Source: an uncultured Gammaproteobacteria bacterium
GTDB lineage: Bacteria; Patescibacteriota; Patescibacteriia; UBA9570
Length of the DNA: 64,000 bases
Direction of reading: 5' to 3'
NCBI GenBank assembly: GCA_964385285.1
Contig: CAYLOJ010000004.1
Coordinates: forward strand, 7,736-71,735
Of the stretch, positions 29,866-40,373 are shown piece after piece. Position numbers and translations under genes: made by a program. The notes beneath the pieces were generated by a model. It was given only the letters and a program-made list of their open reading frames with translations. It made no database searches and was not told the DNA's origin. Within the stretch, counting starts at the first letter, position 1; every line of letters starts with the position of its first letter.

Positions 29866-32800
29866 TTATTCTTGATTAGATTCAGAACTGGCTTCTACTG
29901 CGGGTGTAGCCGCATCTGCGATGGCAGCAGCATCCGCTGGTAGGACCGGCATAGAACTATCAACCTCGGTGTCGACCTCACTACCAAGGACCTTGCCTTC
30001 TTGAGAGAACAATTCCACAGATAATCCCAAGCCTTTTAATTCACGAATCAACACATTGAAGGATTCTGGTACGTTCACTTTATGAATTGGCTCACCTTTG
30101 ATCACCGCTTCATAAGCTTTCGAACGACCAGGAACATCATCCGATTTAATCGTCAGAATTTCTTGTAACATGTGTGCTGCACCATAAGCTTCGAGTGCCC
30201 ATACTTCCATTTCACCAAAGCGCTGACCACCGAACTGAGCTTTACCGCCCAATGGCTGTTGTGTGACCAAGGAGTATGGTCCGATTGAACGTTGGTGAAT
30301 CTTATCATCTACCATGTGGTTCAGTTTCAACATGTAAGCGATACCACAGGTGACTTTATGCATGAAGCGTTCACCGGTACGACCATCGACTAAGACGATC
30401 TTACCATCTTCTGGATAACCCGCTTTTTTCAACTCACCTTTAATGTCTGCTTCGGAGACACCTTGGAATGGCATCGCAGCAACTTTATAGCCAAGCGCCT
30501 GAGCAGCTAAGCCCAAATGCACCTCTAATACCTGGCCCAAGTTCATACGAGACACGATACCTAATGGGTTCAACATGATATCGACTGGACGACCGTCGGC
30601 CATATAAGGCATATCTTCAACTGGAACGATACGAGAGATCACACCTTTGTTACCGTGGCGACCAGCCATCTTATCACCCACTTGAATCTTACGCAGTTGT
30701 GCTACAGATACTTGAATCGTTTTGGTGACGCCAGATGGTAACTTATCACCGTTGTCTTTAGAGAACAGTTTCACATCTACAACTTTACCGTGTTCGCCGT
30801 GCTCCAAATACATGGAAGAATCTTTCACATCTTTGGATTTTTCACCGAAGATCGCGCGCAATAGTTTTTCTTCAGCGGATAATTCAGTCTCACCTTTTGG
30901 AGTGATCTTACCAACCAAGATATCGCCAGATTTTACCTGAGCACCAATACGCACAATACCATTCTCATCGAGATCCTTGAGTTTCTCTTCAGAAACATTT
31001 GGGATATCGCGAGTGACCACTTCAGGTCCTAATTTCGTATCGCGGACATCCATTGTATATTCTTCAATATGAATAGATGTGTATTTGTCGTCCTGCACTA
31101 CACGCTCAGAGATCAAGATAGCATCTTCGTAGTTACCACCTTCCCAAGGCATGTATGCAACCAACACATTCTGACCAAGCGCCAACTCACCATTTTCAGT
31201 GGAAGCACCATCTGCTAAGACATCACCTTCTTCTAATTTCATGCCAGGCACAACGATTGGCTTCTGATTCATACAGGTAGAAGCATTGGAGCGGAGGAAG
31301 TTACCTAAATCATAGGTATCAATGCCTTCTTTAGTTTTGATAGTGACGCGATGAGCCGAAACATGTTCAACTACACCTGCGTGTTTGGCTACCACTGCCT
31401 GTCCAGAATCTACCGCTGCACGATATTCCATACCGGTACCGATAATCGGAGCATCAGGGCGCACCAAGGACACAGCTTGACGTTGCATGTTTGTACCCAT
31501 CAACGCGCGCACCGCATCATTATGTTCCACGAATGGAATCATGGCTGTCGCTACAGAAATAATTTCTTTTGGAGAAACGTCGACATAATCAATATTCCAG
31601 ACATGATCTAATTCTGGACGACCATATTTACGTACTTCGACACGCTCTTTGACGAACTTACCTTTTTCATCCAATTCTACAGTCGCAGCTGTTGTGACAG
31701 ATCGTTCTTCCTCAAATGCATCTAAATAGACAATATCATCAGTCACGCGAGCAGTTTTGTTCTTTGGATCCTTTTCTACTTTACGATAAGGAGTTTCAAT
31801 AAAACCATAGGCATTCACGCGTGCATAGGACGAAAGATGGCCAACCAAACCAATGTTCGGACCTTCTGGAGTAGCAATCGGACAGATGCGACCATAGTGA
31901 GTACGATGCACATCACGAACTTCGAAACCAGCACGCTCACGTGATAGACCACCAGGCCCCGTCGCGGAGAGACGACGTTTGTGTTCGAGTTCAGCTAATG
32001 GATTGGTTTGATCCATGAATTGAGATAGCTGTGAACTCATGAAGAATTCACGAATCGAACCGATCACTGGACGAGCGTTAATCAATTGACCAGGAGTTAA
32101 AGTCGTAATGTCTTTGGTAGACATACGATCTTTAACGATACGTTCCATACGTGCTAAACCGATGCGGAATTTATTCTGCACCAACTCACCTACAGCACGA
32201 ACGCGACGGTTACCCAAATGATCAATATCATCAGCTTCTTCTTGGGTGTTGTTCAAACGGATAATTTCACGAATCACTGCAATCACATCTTCACGCATCA
32301 AGACACGAGTTTTTGGAGAGATCTCCTGATCAAATTGGAAGCGTTTGTTGATTTTGTAACGACCAACGCGACCGAAGTCGTAACGGTTGAAGTTGAAGAA
32401 CATGGCGTGAATCAAACCACGAGCATTATCGACAGTGGCCAAATCGCCTGGGCGGATACGTTTGTAAACTTCTTTCAAACCTTCACCTTCCGATTTAGAA
32501 GTATCTTTGGCCAATGTAGCTTCGATATATTTATTTTCTGCATCCGTATCAATATCTTGGAATAAAGGAATAATGTCTGTGTTGTTGGAATAGCCATAAG
32601 CCCGGAGTAATGCAGAGACGGCTACTTTACGTTTGCGATCAATTTTTACGTAGATCACATTGTTGGCATCGGTTTCAAACTCTAACCAAGCACCACGGTT
32701 AGGAATGATTTTGGCACCATAGTAATTTCGGCCCCGAATATTTTCTGAGGTGAAAAACACACCTGCAGAACGAATCAATTGGGAAACCACAACGCGTTCA

Positions 32801-33183
32801 ATCCCATTCACAATGAACGTGCCGCGATCGGTCATTAATGGGAAATCGCCCAAATAGACCTCTTGCTCTTTAATCTCTTTAGTACGCTTGTTTACTAAGC
32901 GAGTATTCACGCGTAGAGCAGCCTCGTACGTGACGTTCTTAGCTTTAGCTTGATTTTCATCAAAGCGAGGTTCGTCTAAATAATAGTCGTCGAAATGTAA
33001 TTCCAAATCACGACTGGTGAAATCCGCAATGGGCGAGATCTCTTCGAATAGTTCTTTCAACCCTTCGGTTAAGAACCACTCGTAGGAGGTACGCTGGACT
33101 TCAATTAAATTCGGAAGATTAATCGCATCGTGGATCGGTGCGAATGTCTTGCGATAGGATGGGATATCGCTGGTTTTTGCCAT
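29866..33183 (-). CDS. rpoB: RNA polymerase beta subunit
   Basis: [41 protein letters not shown] and [18 protein letters not shown]. Confidence 0.99.
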   Translation of the reverse strand: MAKTSDIPSYRKTFAPIHDAINLPNLIEVQRTSYEWFLTEGLKELFEEISPIADFTSRDLELHFDDYYLDEPRFDENQAKAKNVTYEAALRVNTRLVNKRTKEIKEQEVYLGDFPLMTDRGTFIVNGIERVVVSQLIRSAGVFFTSENIRGRNYYGAKIIPNRGAWLEFETDANNVIYVKIDRKRKVAVSALLRAYGYSNNTDIIPLFQDIDTDAENKYIEATLAKDTSKSEGEGLKEVYKRIRPGDLATVDNARGLIHAMFFNFNRYDFGRVGRYKINKRFQFDQEISPKTRVLMREDVIAVIREIIRLNNTQEEADDIDHLGNRRVRAVGELVQNKFRIGLARMERIVKDRMSTKDITTLTPGQLINARPVIGSIREFFMSSQLSQFMDQTNPLAELEHKRRLSATGPGGLSRERAGFEVRDVHRTHYGRICPIATPEGPNIGLVGHLSSYARVNAYGFIETPYRKVEKDPKNKTARVTDDIVYLDAFEEERSVTTAATVELDEKGKFVKERVEVRKYGRPELDHVWNIDYVDVSPKEIISVATAMIPFVEHNDAVRALMGTNMQRQAVSLVRPDAPIIGTGMEYRAAVDSGQAVVAKHAGVVEHVSAHRVTIKTKEGIDTYDLGNFLRSNASTCMNQKPIVVPGMKLEEGDVLADGASTENGELALGQNVLVAYMPWEGGNYEDAILISERVVQDDKYTSIHIEEYTMDVRDTKLGPEVVTRDIPNVSEEKLKDLDENGIVRIGAQVKSGDILVGKITPKGETELSAEEKLLRAIFGEKSKDVKDSSMYLEHGEHGKVVDVKLFSKDNGDKLPSGVTKTIQVSVAQLRKIQVGDKMAGRHGNKGVISRIVPVEDMPYMADGRPVDIMLNPLGIVSRMNLGQVLEVHLGLAAQALGYKVAAMPFQGVSEADIKGELKKAGYPEDGKIVLVDGRTGERFMHKVTCGIAYMLKLNHMVDDKIHQRSIGPYSLVTQQPLGGKAQFGGQRFGEMEVWALEAYGAAHMLQEILTIKSDDVPGRSKAYEAVIKGEPIHKVNVPESFNVLIRELKGLGLSVELFSQEGKVLGSEVDTEVDSSMPVLPADAAAIADAATPAVEASSESNQE

Positions 33184-33350
33184 AAGTGCTTTGATTAGGG
33201 CAGATAAAAATACACCACTACTAGGGCCATTAGTAGCGGGTAAATGAATTAACTAATTTGTGGTTGTTTTCTTCACTCGGGCCGAAAGAGTGTAGTAATA
33301 AGGTTTTTGATGCTTCCTGCAACACGAATTCGGGAAAAAGATCAGGCCTT

Positions 33351-33379
33351 ACTCTACTAAGGTTATCCACCTGTGTCAA
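33351..33379 (-). promoter_or_regulatory. rpoBC promoter with a DnaA-box-like 9-mer in the spacer
   Basis: TTGACA-N17-TAGAGT; TTATCCACC at 33363-33371. Confidence 0.55.
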
Positions 33380-33406
33380 CGGCTGACCCCAGAGGTTGTC
33401 AACTGT

Positions 33407-33415
33407 TTATCCACA
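33407..33415 (+). promoter_or_regulatory. Perfect DnaA box
   Basis: TTATCCACA. Confidence 0.55.
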
Positions 33416-33445
33416 CATTACAGTGATTTTTTATTCTTTTGTCAA

Positions 33446-34762
33446 CTAAAAACCTAGTCTCGTCAACTCTTCGCGCGCGACCGTACGGTCATCCCAAGGC
33501 TCTTTTTTGCCTTTGGCACGGCAAATCTTCTGATCTGCTCCTTTGCAGGTTAAAAACACTACATCACCCGGTTTGGCCATTTGAAAGGCAGCAACAATGG
33601 CTTGGCGGCGATCGGGAATCACCCAAGCATTCTGGTTAAAGGTTTTGCCACCACCAGCTACCCCTTCTGCCACCTGCTGCATAATCACCATGGGGTCATC
33701 ATCATACGGATCCTCATCTGTCACCACGACATAGTCACAGATCAATCCCGCTACTTTTCCGTTCTCATAGCGCCGCGAAACATCGCGACCGCCGCCGGTA
33801 CTACTAATTAAGGTAATCAGCTTCTGGTTGGGTTTCAACTTCTTCCAGAAACTATAGAGTAACCCCAAACTCACGGGTTCGTACGCGTAATCTACAATCA
33901 CAGTGAAGGATTGTCCCGCCTCAATTCGTTCCATCCGACCAGGGATTAACCCAACTGGAGCCAACCCTCTTTTAATCGTGGGATAATCTAATCCTTGGGT
34001 TAAAGCAACCCCAATTGCGGAAGTAATATTATCTAAGTTCCATTCACCCAGTAGTCGGCTTGTCATGGGGTGACCATTTACTGAAAAACTTAGCCCCTCA
34101 GCCGATTCTTGTACATTACTAACCACTAAATTGGCATCTGCGTTGTCGTGACGTGTCCAAACAATTTTAGTGGGCACTAATGCAGCATTGGCAAACTCCC
34201 CAACAAATTCTGAATCACCATTTAACACTACTGCCTTATTCACTGTTTGTTTATGCAACTCTTTAGCAGGCAACTTCGATAAATGATGGAACAGCTGTAA
34301 CTTAGCTTGTTTGTAGTTTTCAAAACTGCCGTGCGCATCAATGTGTTCTGGAAATAGATTGGTCCAAGCGGCTACATCATAATGAATGCCAAAATGACGC
34401 CATTGTTTGATCCCTTCTGAAGAAGTTTCTACAACCGCATATTGGCAACCGGCGGCAACCATATCAGCTAACAATTTCTGCAACTGACTACGGCCTAACA
34501 TCGTCATCTTCGATGGATTAACCCACTCCTTGTCACCAATTCTAAAGTTTGCGGTAGTGGCAATACCAACGGTGTATCCCGCGGCTGTTAACATATACCA
34601 AATCAGATTGGCGGTGGTGGATTTTCCTTTCGTTCCGGTTACGCCAATGACAATGAGCTGTTTAGATGGATAGTGAAATTTCCAAGCCGCCAAACGCGCA
34701 AACAGTTTATGATACGCACTTAACCAACTCGCTGGAATCAATTTTTTAATTAGCTGTTTCAT
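33446..34762 (-). CDS. murE: UDP-MurNAc-tripeptide synthetase
   Basis: GVTGTKGKSTT, VETSSEG, TNLFPEHID.HG, PGRME, VDYAY, GGGRD and DEDPYDDDP. Confidence 0.9.
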   Translation of the reverse strand: MKQLIKKLIPASWLSAYHKLFARLAAWKFHYPSKQLIVIGVTGTKGKSTTANLIWYMLTAAGYTVGIATTANFRIGDKEWVNPSKMTMLGRSQLQKLLADMVAAGCQYAVVETSSEGIKQWRHFGIHYDVAAWTNLFPEHIDAHGSFENYKQAKLQLFHHLSKLPAKELHKQTVNKAVVLNGDSEFVGEFANAALVPTKIVWTRHDNADANLVVSNVQESAEGLSFSVNGHPMTSRLLGEWNLDNITSAIGVALTQGLDYPTIKRGLAPVGLIPGRMERIEAGQSFTVIVDYAYEPVSLGLLYSFWKKLKPNQKLITLISSTGGGRDVSRRYENGKVAGLICDYVVVTDEDPYDDDPMVIMQQVAEGVAGGGKTFNQNAWVIPDRRQAIVAAFQMAKPGDVVFLTCKGADQKICRAKGKKEPWDDRTVAREELTRLGF

Positions 34763-35108
34763 GCAGATAATTGAAGGCCATTACAAAGAGATGTGCAAAG
34801 GTCAGGCAGATTACTAAAGCCCATTCGTACCATACCAACACACCAATGGGAGAGACTTTCTTGGCCCGCATCCATTGAGTGAGCACCTGAAACACAAACG
34901 CTACTGCAGTTAAGGCAAATAGCATACCAATAAATGATAGCCACAACAGATTGAGTACTAAGGCGATGCCGACAATCACACTGGCGCCTAACAACCACCA
35001 AGTTGCTCGTTTGGCTTTTGGCCACTCCGCAGGAGCTTGGCGATGTACAAAATATAATGTCACCCACTGAACCACAATCATGATGTAACTCACTAAGATC
35101 AGGATCAT
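34746..35108 (-). CDS. Small 4-TM membrane protein
   Basis: Hydrophobic 120-aa ORF overlapping both neighbours, suggesting translational coupling. Confidence 0.65.
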   Translation of the reverse strand: MILILVSYIMIVVQWVTLYFVHRQAPAEWPKAKRATWWLLGASVIVGIALVLNLLWLSFIGMLFALTAVAFVFQVLTQWMRAKKVSPIGVLVWYEWALVICLTFAHLFVMAFNYLHETAN

Positions 35109-36940
35109 AATTTAATGGTTTCAATTTTACTCAAGGAACTTTCGTTACCTAAATCGTCAATCGCACGGACTTTATAATAATACCGCTGTCCACTCTGTAC
35201 GGTAACATCTGTATATTTGCGTGTTGTAATTTCTCCAGACAACGAACGATATTGGCCATCGCGTGTTTCTGAACGATAAACCTTATAAGCTTGCGTATGT
35301 TCCCCGATTGGTCGATACCAGCGTAATTCAACCGTGCCATCATTTTGCTCCGTCAGACTACGCCAAGTAGGGCGTTTAATTTTACGATCCACTAAGTATT
35401 GAAATTCCGTTAAGTCTGAAGTGCGTCCTTCACTATCCAACGTTTTAATCCGTAAGCGATAGGTACGTTCATTGCCATGCAGTGATGTGGTTGGCTCATA
35501 GTGACGTGAGGTCTGGAGCGTACCATAGACAACCGGATCCAAGCGTTCACGGCCGAAGTAGACATAGTAGCCAGTAATATCCACCACACTGCTAGGTTCA
35601 GACCACTGAAAATATGGAGTCTGATCTTTCGTCCGTTCTGCATTGGCCACGGCAACACTGCGACTACTCGAACGATAGCCTGTAACGGAAACTGGGTCTG
35701 GCGCCAACTGATCGTGCACGGCATTTACGACAGCGGCTGCGTTTACCCTGCCTGCTCCTAACGTACTATCGTTGATATCTTCCGCATGATCCGCAATCAA
35801 CGCACTTACCTCAGTAGGAGTTAGGTTAGGATCAATCGACAGAGCTAACGCTGCAATACCACTCACCACGGGTGTAGCCATCGACGTACCAGACATGTAT
35901 CCATATTCATCATCTAGTGATGGGTATGTTCCCGTATCATCGTAGTAGAATGTGTTGTAAATCTCTTGACCAGGCGCAGCGACATCGACACAATCATCTC
36001 CATAATTACTGAAATAAGCAATGACATCACTATCATCTGTAGCGCCTACTCCGATCACGTTATCAAAACAGGCTGGATAAAATGGATCGGTATTTAAATC
36101 TGTCGCATCATTGCCAGCCGCGGCCACTAACACCACTCCGGCTGCAAAGGCATCTTCCATAGACGCTTGTTCAGTTTGACTTCTGCCACTGCCACCATAA
36201 CTCATATTAATGACATCTGCGCCATTAGCCACCGCATATGCCACGGCTTCCGCTACTTCACTGGTCTGACTTTCACCATCATCGTTAAAAATTTTTAACG
36301 GCATAATCGATACATTCCAGTTCACGCCTGTCCCACCGATACCATTATTGGGCTCGGCACCAATGGTACCGGCCACGTGCGTACCATGAATGACATAGTC
36401 ATGTGTGAAGACCAGGGATGATGGTTGTGCGGAGGGATTATTATCAGCGTTTACAAAATCCCAGCCGTTCACATCATCCACATAGCCATTGGCATCATCA
36501 TCGATTCCGTTGTCAGCAACTTCTCCTGGATTGATCCAAATATTATTAACTAAATCTGGATGGTTCAGATCTATCCCTGTATCAATCACGGCTACGACAA
36601 TATCGTTACTACCAGTGGTTTCATCCCACGCGGCCTCAGCATCAATATCCTGATCACTGGTTTGTTCTAAATACCACTGTCGATCGTACTCAGGATCATT
36701 GGGTAGTACGGCTAAATACCGCTTATAGTTTGGTTCAACATACTCTACCCGGCTATCCTGATTAAACAGATCAATGGCCGTAGTCACATCACTGACACGA
36801 ACCGTAGAAACGGTATCGGGCAATGCCGGCGTTTCCTTCCACTTGATTAACACCTCATTTTCGACGTAATCTTCAGCAAATACGGGTCCGGATAATACCA
36901 AACCAACCAGCGCCATCATCATTATTCTTCCTACCTGCAT
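35105..36940 (-). CDS. Secreted S8 subtilisin-like serine protease with C-terminal FN3/Ig-like domains
   Basis: VAVIDTG, HGTHVAG, AAAGN and SGTSMATP; C-terminal YYYKVRAID..GNES. Confidence 0.93.
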   Translation of the reverse strand: MQVGRIMMMALVGLVLSGPVFAEDYVENEVLIKWKETPALPDTVSTVRVSDVTTAIDLFNQDSRVEYVEPNYKRYLAVLPNDPEYDRQWYLEQTSDQDIDAEAAWDETTGSNDIVVAVIDTGIDLNHPDLVNNIWINPGEVADNGIDDDANGYVDDVNGWDFVNADNNPSAQPSSLVFTHDYVIHGTHVAGTIGAEPNNGIGGTGVNWNVSIMPLKIFNDDGESQTSEVAEAVAYAVANGADVINMSYGGSGRSQTEQASMEDAFAAGVVLVAAAGNDATDLNTDPFYPACFDNVIGVGATDDSDVIAYFSNYGDDCVDVAAPGQEIYNTFYYDDTGTYPSLDDEYGYMSGTSMATPVVSGIAALALSIDPNLTPTEVSALIADHAEDINDSTLGAGRVNAAAVVNAVHDQLAPDPVSVTGYRSSSRSVAVANAERTKDQTPYFQWSEPSSVVDITGYYVYFGRERLDPVVYGTLQTSRHYEPTTSLHGNERTYRLRIKTLDSEGRTSDLTEFQYLVDRKIKRPTWRSLTEQNDGTVELRWYRPIGEHTQAYKVYRSETRDGQYRSLSGEITTRKYTDVTVQSGQRYYYKVRAIDDLGNESSLSKIETIKL

Positions 36941-36982
36941 AGAGCGTATTAAACCACATAATTCTATGCTATACTAGGCCAC

Positions 36983-37996
36983 ATGAAACGAGTTTGTTTA
37001 ATCCATACGGGTGGCACGATCACCATGACCAAGAATGCGGAAGGCGTGCTAGAACCGGGCAGCCTACGAGAACACATCCTTCAGTACGTTCCTAGTATCC
37101 AAGATATCGCAGAAATTGATCACGTTGTACTGTTTCAACTAGACAGTTCTGACATTAATCCTAAGCACTGGTCGCAGATTGCCGCTGCCATTGGCGAACG
37201 GTATCATCAATATGATGGTTTTGTAATTTTGCATGGCACGGATACGATGGCTTACACAGCCACTGCGCTGTCATTTATGTTAGGAAATCTGAGCAAACCA
37301 GTCATTATCACTGGTGCACAACTTCCTATTTCTGAAATTGGATCGGATGGAGTAAACAACTTGTTAAACTCTGTACGCTTTGCTTGTGAATCGCTCTCTG
37401 AAGTAGCAATTATGTTTGGTCACCGCTTAATTCGTGGAAACCGGGCAAAAAAAATGTCACAGACACATTTTGATGCCTTCGAATCACCTAACATTGCATC
37501 ATTGGCCAAATTAGGCACAGAACTAAAATTAGAAGATCATGTCATCGTCCGACGCAGTAACGAACTACAACTACATACGAAGCTTGTAACGGATGTCGCC
37601 TTCATTAAAATTTTCCCTGGAATCAGTAATGAGTTCATTTTAGGGATGATTCCAACCCGAACAAAAGCGGTCATCATGGAAGCGTACGGCACGGGTAATT
37701 TTCCCCTCGGTGAAGACGGTATTCAGCAAGCCATTGATGCTATTAGCCATCAGGGAATCATTACCGTGATTGCTACACAGTGCATTTATGGCGCTGTAGA
37801 ATATGAAAAGTACCAAGGTGGTTTCTTTGCCAAACAACATGGTGCGTTGTCTGCACATGACATGACTAGCGAAGCTGCCTTGATTAAGTTGATGTGGGTA
37901 CTAGGGCAAAGTTCAGACTACGAGCAAATTAAGCGTTTGTACCATACGAATTTAGTTGGCGAACTAACGGAACGAGATCTCGATGACCGCAACTGA
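36983..37996 (+). CDS. ansA: Type I L-asparaginase
   Basis: HTGGTI, DSS, LHGTDTMAY, TGAQ and YGTGN. Confidence 0.92.
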   Translation: MKRVCLIHTGGTITMTKNAEGVLEPGSLREHILQYVPSIQDIAEIDHVVLFQLDSSDINPKHWSQIAAAIGERYHQYDGFVILHGTDTMAYTATALSFMLGNLSKPVIITGAQLPISEIGSDGVNNLLNSVRFACESLSEVAIMFGHRLIRGNRAKKMSQTHFDAFESPNIASLAKLGTELKLEDHVIVRRSNELQLHTKLVTDVAFIKIFPGISNEFILGMIPTRTKAVIMEAYGTGNFPLGEDGIQQAIDAISHQGIITVIATQCIYGAVEYEKYQGGFFAKQHGALSAHDMTSEAALIKLMWVLGQSSDYEQIKRLYHTNLVGELTERDLDDRN

Positions 37997-39035
37997 TTTT
38001 AAAAAAATTCAATCCGCTACTTTTTTTGGCGCACTCATCGGCATTACATTATTATTTTTGTGGATGCTGGCTCCCTATGTGTATCCAGTGTTCTGGGCTG
38101 CGGTATTAGCCGCAATGTTTCATCCGTTGTATTTACGCATCTACGGTCGCGTACAACGACCTAACGTAGCTGCTGGTTTGACTGAGCTCATTATTTTTTT
38201 GATCTTCCTCATCCCTATCACTGGTTTGATGACCCTGATTGTTCAACAAGCATTCTCTGTTTATCAGATGTTTGGCAATCAAGAGACCTTTACCTCTCTG
38301 ACGTTAGCAATACAAGAAATTGTGGCACATCCCTGGATTAAACAATTTATCGGTAGTGTCAATATTTCAGAACAGTTGTCCAACTTCACGAATGCCGCCT
38401 CCAGTTTTGCTTATGGCGTTGTTACGACTGGCGGTCAAAATACAGCTCGGTGGATTATCCAATTCTTTATCATGATGTATACACTGTTTTTCTTTTTGAA
38501 AGATGGTAAAAAATTCTTAAAACGTTTGATGCATTTATTACCGTTGGGTGATGAATATGAGGAGCGTCTCTATCAACGTTTTGTTTCTACCACCCGAGCT
38601 ACCCTGAAAGGAACGATTGTCATCGGTACTGTGCAGGGCACCATTGGTGGCATCGCACTATTAATTGCCGGTGTACCAGGAGCTATCTTTTGGGCAGTGA
38701 TTATGATTGTCTTTTGCATTATTCCTGGAGTTGGTGCCGCAATCGTGCTGGTACCTACGGCCATTATTCTGGCCATCACCGGTGCTTGGTGGCAGATGAT
38801 TGTGGTATTAGTAGCCTTGCTAATTGCCGGTACGATTGATAACTTCCTGCGCGGTCCGTTAGTAGGCAAGGATACTCAAATGCATCCTCTATTTATCTTC
38901 TTTTCCACCTTAGGAGGTTTATTGGCCTTCGGTATTTCTGGAGTCGTCATTGGTCCGGTCATCACTGCTTTCCTTATTAGCATTTGGGGAATGTATGAGG
39001 AGAAGTATCATGCAGATTTAGTGCGGGAAGGTTAA
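37983..39035 (+). CDS. AI-2E family transporter
   Basis: Multi-TM with FFFLKDG, IPGVG, DNFLR and HPL...STLGG..FG..G..IGP. Confidence 0.9.
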   Translation: MTATDFKKIQSATFFGALIGITLLFLWMLAPYVYPVFWAAVLAAMFHPLYLRIYGRVQRPNVAAGLTELIIFLIFLIPITGLMTLIVQQAFSVYQMFGNQETFTSLTLAIQEIVAHPWIKQFIGSVNISEQLSNFTNAASSFAYGVVTTGGQNTARWIIQFFIMMYTLFFFLKDGKKFLKRLMHLLPLGDEYEERLYQRFVSTTRATLKGTIVIGTVQGTIGGIALLIAGVPGAIFWAVIMIVFCIIPGVGAAIVLVPTAIILAITGAWWQMIVVLVALLIAGTIDNFLRGPLVGKDTQMHPLFIFFSTLGGLLAFGISGVVIGPVITAFLISIWGMYEEKYHADLVREG

Positions 39036-39075
39036 TGTATTACCTCTCACTCCATTCCTATTCTTAACATTCGAC

Positions 39076-39096
39076 ATCTCCCCTTTCCGGGGAGAT
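39076..39096 (+). terminator. Terminator-like hairpin after ansA and the AI-2E gene
   Basis: ATCTCCCC-TTTCC-GGGGAGAT followed by a T-rich tract. Confidence 0.55.
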
Positions 39097-39150
39097 TTGG
39101 TTTAGCAAAACAAAGCTCTCTGCAAGAGGTATATTCATACGAAAAAGATG

Positions 39151-39193
39151 AACCCCCGAGACCGGCGATTCATCGCTGCAGTTCACGGGGGTT
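39151..39193 (-). terminator. Long imperfect hairpin downstream of the GC-rich amidase
   Basis: AACCCCCG...CGGGGGTT outer stem with inner GCGAT/ATCGC; CATCTTTTT follows on the minus strand. Confidence 0.45.
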
Positions 39194-39267
39194 TGAAAAT
39201 GCGTTTAATCACATCATCCTCCTAGGTTGAATGGGGTGCGTGCTCCCCTTGTGATTGTTGTAGCTCG

Positions 39268-40212
39268 TCAGTAGCCGCAGTCCTGGCACCAGTCGACGTG
39301 GTCCTGGATGTCCGGAAGCTCGTCGTAGAGCTGATCACCCGGGCACTCGGTAGTGCCATAGTCGCGATGACCCTTGATCACCGTACTGTTGGTGATGCCA
39401 GCTTCGAACATCACCCGCGCCACCACCGCTTCGAGCGTCTGAAGCTCCGTGGCGGTCGGCGTGACGCTGGTGAAGTCGCCCACCAACGAAATACCGACGT
39501 AGCCGGTGTTGTAGCCACTCGTGTGTGCACCCACGCACCACATGCTCGAGAACGAGCCGGTGCTGGTACACATGCGACCCTCGTAGATGTGCAGGCCGGC
39601 TGCGTCCTCGCACACCATCATCTGGTAGCCGATGTCACCCCAACCGTGATCAGGGCCGAAGATGTGGTAGTTCGCCACCGCAGCAACATAGGCGTCGCAG
39701 TCCGTGGTGTCGGCGGCCGTGTGGTGAATCGTCACCGCAATCGGCGCGTGCTCGCTGGGCGGCCAGTCGAGACTATCCGAATACCAACCGTAGCCGTAGT
39801 CGGCGTTCAACTCATCCCCCACGTCATAGGACGTCGGGAAGTTCGACACGCTAGGCCAGGAAGGAATCGGCGGATAGTAGCCAGCGACGATCGCGTCCTC
39901 CACGTCTGCAGAGTTGCTCCAGTCGGTCACGCCACTGCTCTGCGTGATGAGGCTCGCGCCCCACACGCTGCGGTCGGTCGTCATCAGACCCTGCCCGCAC
40001 AGCGCGGCAGCATCTGCACACTCGTCCGGCGCAGTGTCGGTGTCCGTGTTGGTGTCGCCAGTGTCTCCGGAATCCGTGTTGGTGTCCTGCGAATCGGTGT
40101 GCGTGTCCGAGTCGGAATCACCCGAGTCGGTCGACACACCAGTGTCAGTGGGAAAGGGCTTCGTGCCCATGTCGTCCCCATTGTTGCAGGCGAACAGCAG
40201 AATGAACGTCAT
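39268..40212 (-). CDS. PGRP-like N-acetylmuramoyl-L-alanine amidase, probable lipoprotein, GC-rich
   Basis: LFAC lipobox-like start, Asp/Thr/Ser/Gly linker, TIHHTA, GWGDIGY, GAHT..YN, GISLVGDF and GHRDY.TECPG. Confidence 0.88.
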   Translation of the reverse strand: MTFILLFACNNGDDMGTKPFPTDTGVSTDSGDSDSDTHTDSQDTNTDSGDTGDTNTDTDTAPDECADAAALCGQGLMTTDRSVWGASLITQSSGVTDWSNSADVEDAIVAGYYPPIPSWPSVSNFPTSYDVGDELNADYGYGWYSDSLDWPPSEHAPIAVTIHHTAADTTDCDAYVAAVANYHIFGPDHGWGDIGYQMMVCEDAAGLHIYEGRMCTSTGSFSSMWCVGAHTSGYNTGYVGISLVGDFTSVTPTATELQTLEAVVARVMFEAGITNSTVIKGHRDYGTTECPGDQLYDELPDIQDHVDWCQDCGY

Positions 40213-40305
40213 TACGATCTCCAGGGTGGATGTACTTTGCTGAGAGGCTGTTGAAGAATAACAAGCCTACGATGACTACACAAATTTAGGAGGATTCGTG
40301 ACAAA

Positions 40306-40360
40306 CCGAAGAAAAACCGAAGTTATCCACAGCCAAGCTTGACCTTCGGTTTTTATTCGG
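40306..40360. promoter_or_regulatory. Two oppositely oriented TTCGG-N6-TTCGG direct-repeat operators (putative LexA boxes) around a DnaA box and the lexA -35
   Basis: CCGAA-gaaaaa-CCGAA (40306-40321), TTATCCACA (40323-40331), TTGACC (40339-40344), TTCGG-ttttta-TTCGG (40345-40360); -10 TAACGT at 40362-40367. Confidence 0.75.
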
Positions 40361-40373
40361 TTAACGTAGATGC

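Noticed and set aside
33360-33420. DnaA boxes as a replication origin
   Set aside because: Only two boxes, no clear unwinding element and no dnaA/dnaN nearby.
34759-35124. 121-aa alternative-frame ORF
   Set aside because: It overlaps the hydrophobic 34746..35108 ORF, which is coupled to both neighbours and looks more protein-like.
39151-39193. Hairpins after the GC-rich genes as integron attC sites
   Set aside because: The RYYYAAC/GTTRRRY ends are not properly matched and there is no integrase in the window.
39298-40254. 318-aa plus-strand ORF and other overlapping ORFs
   Set aside because: Antisense or frame shadows of the GC-rich amidase, which has the recognisable motifs.
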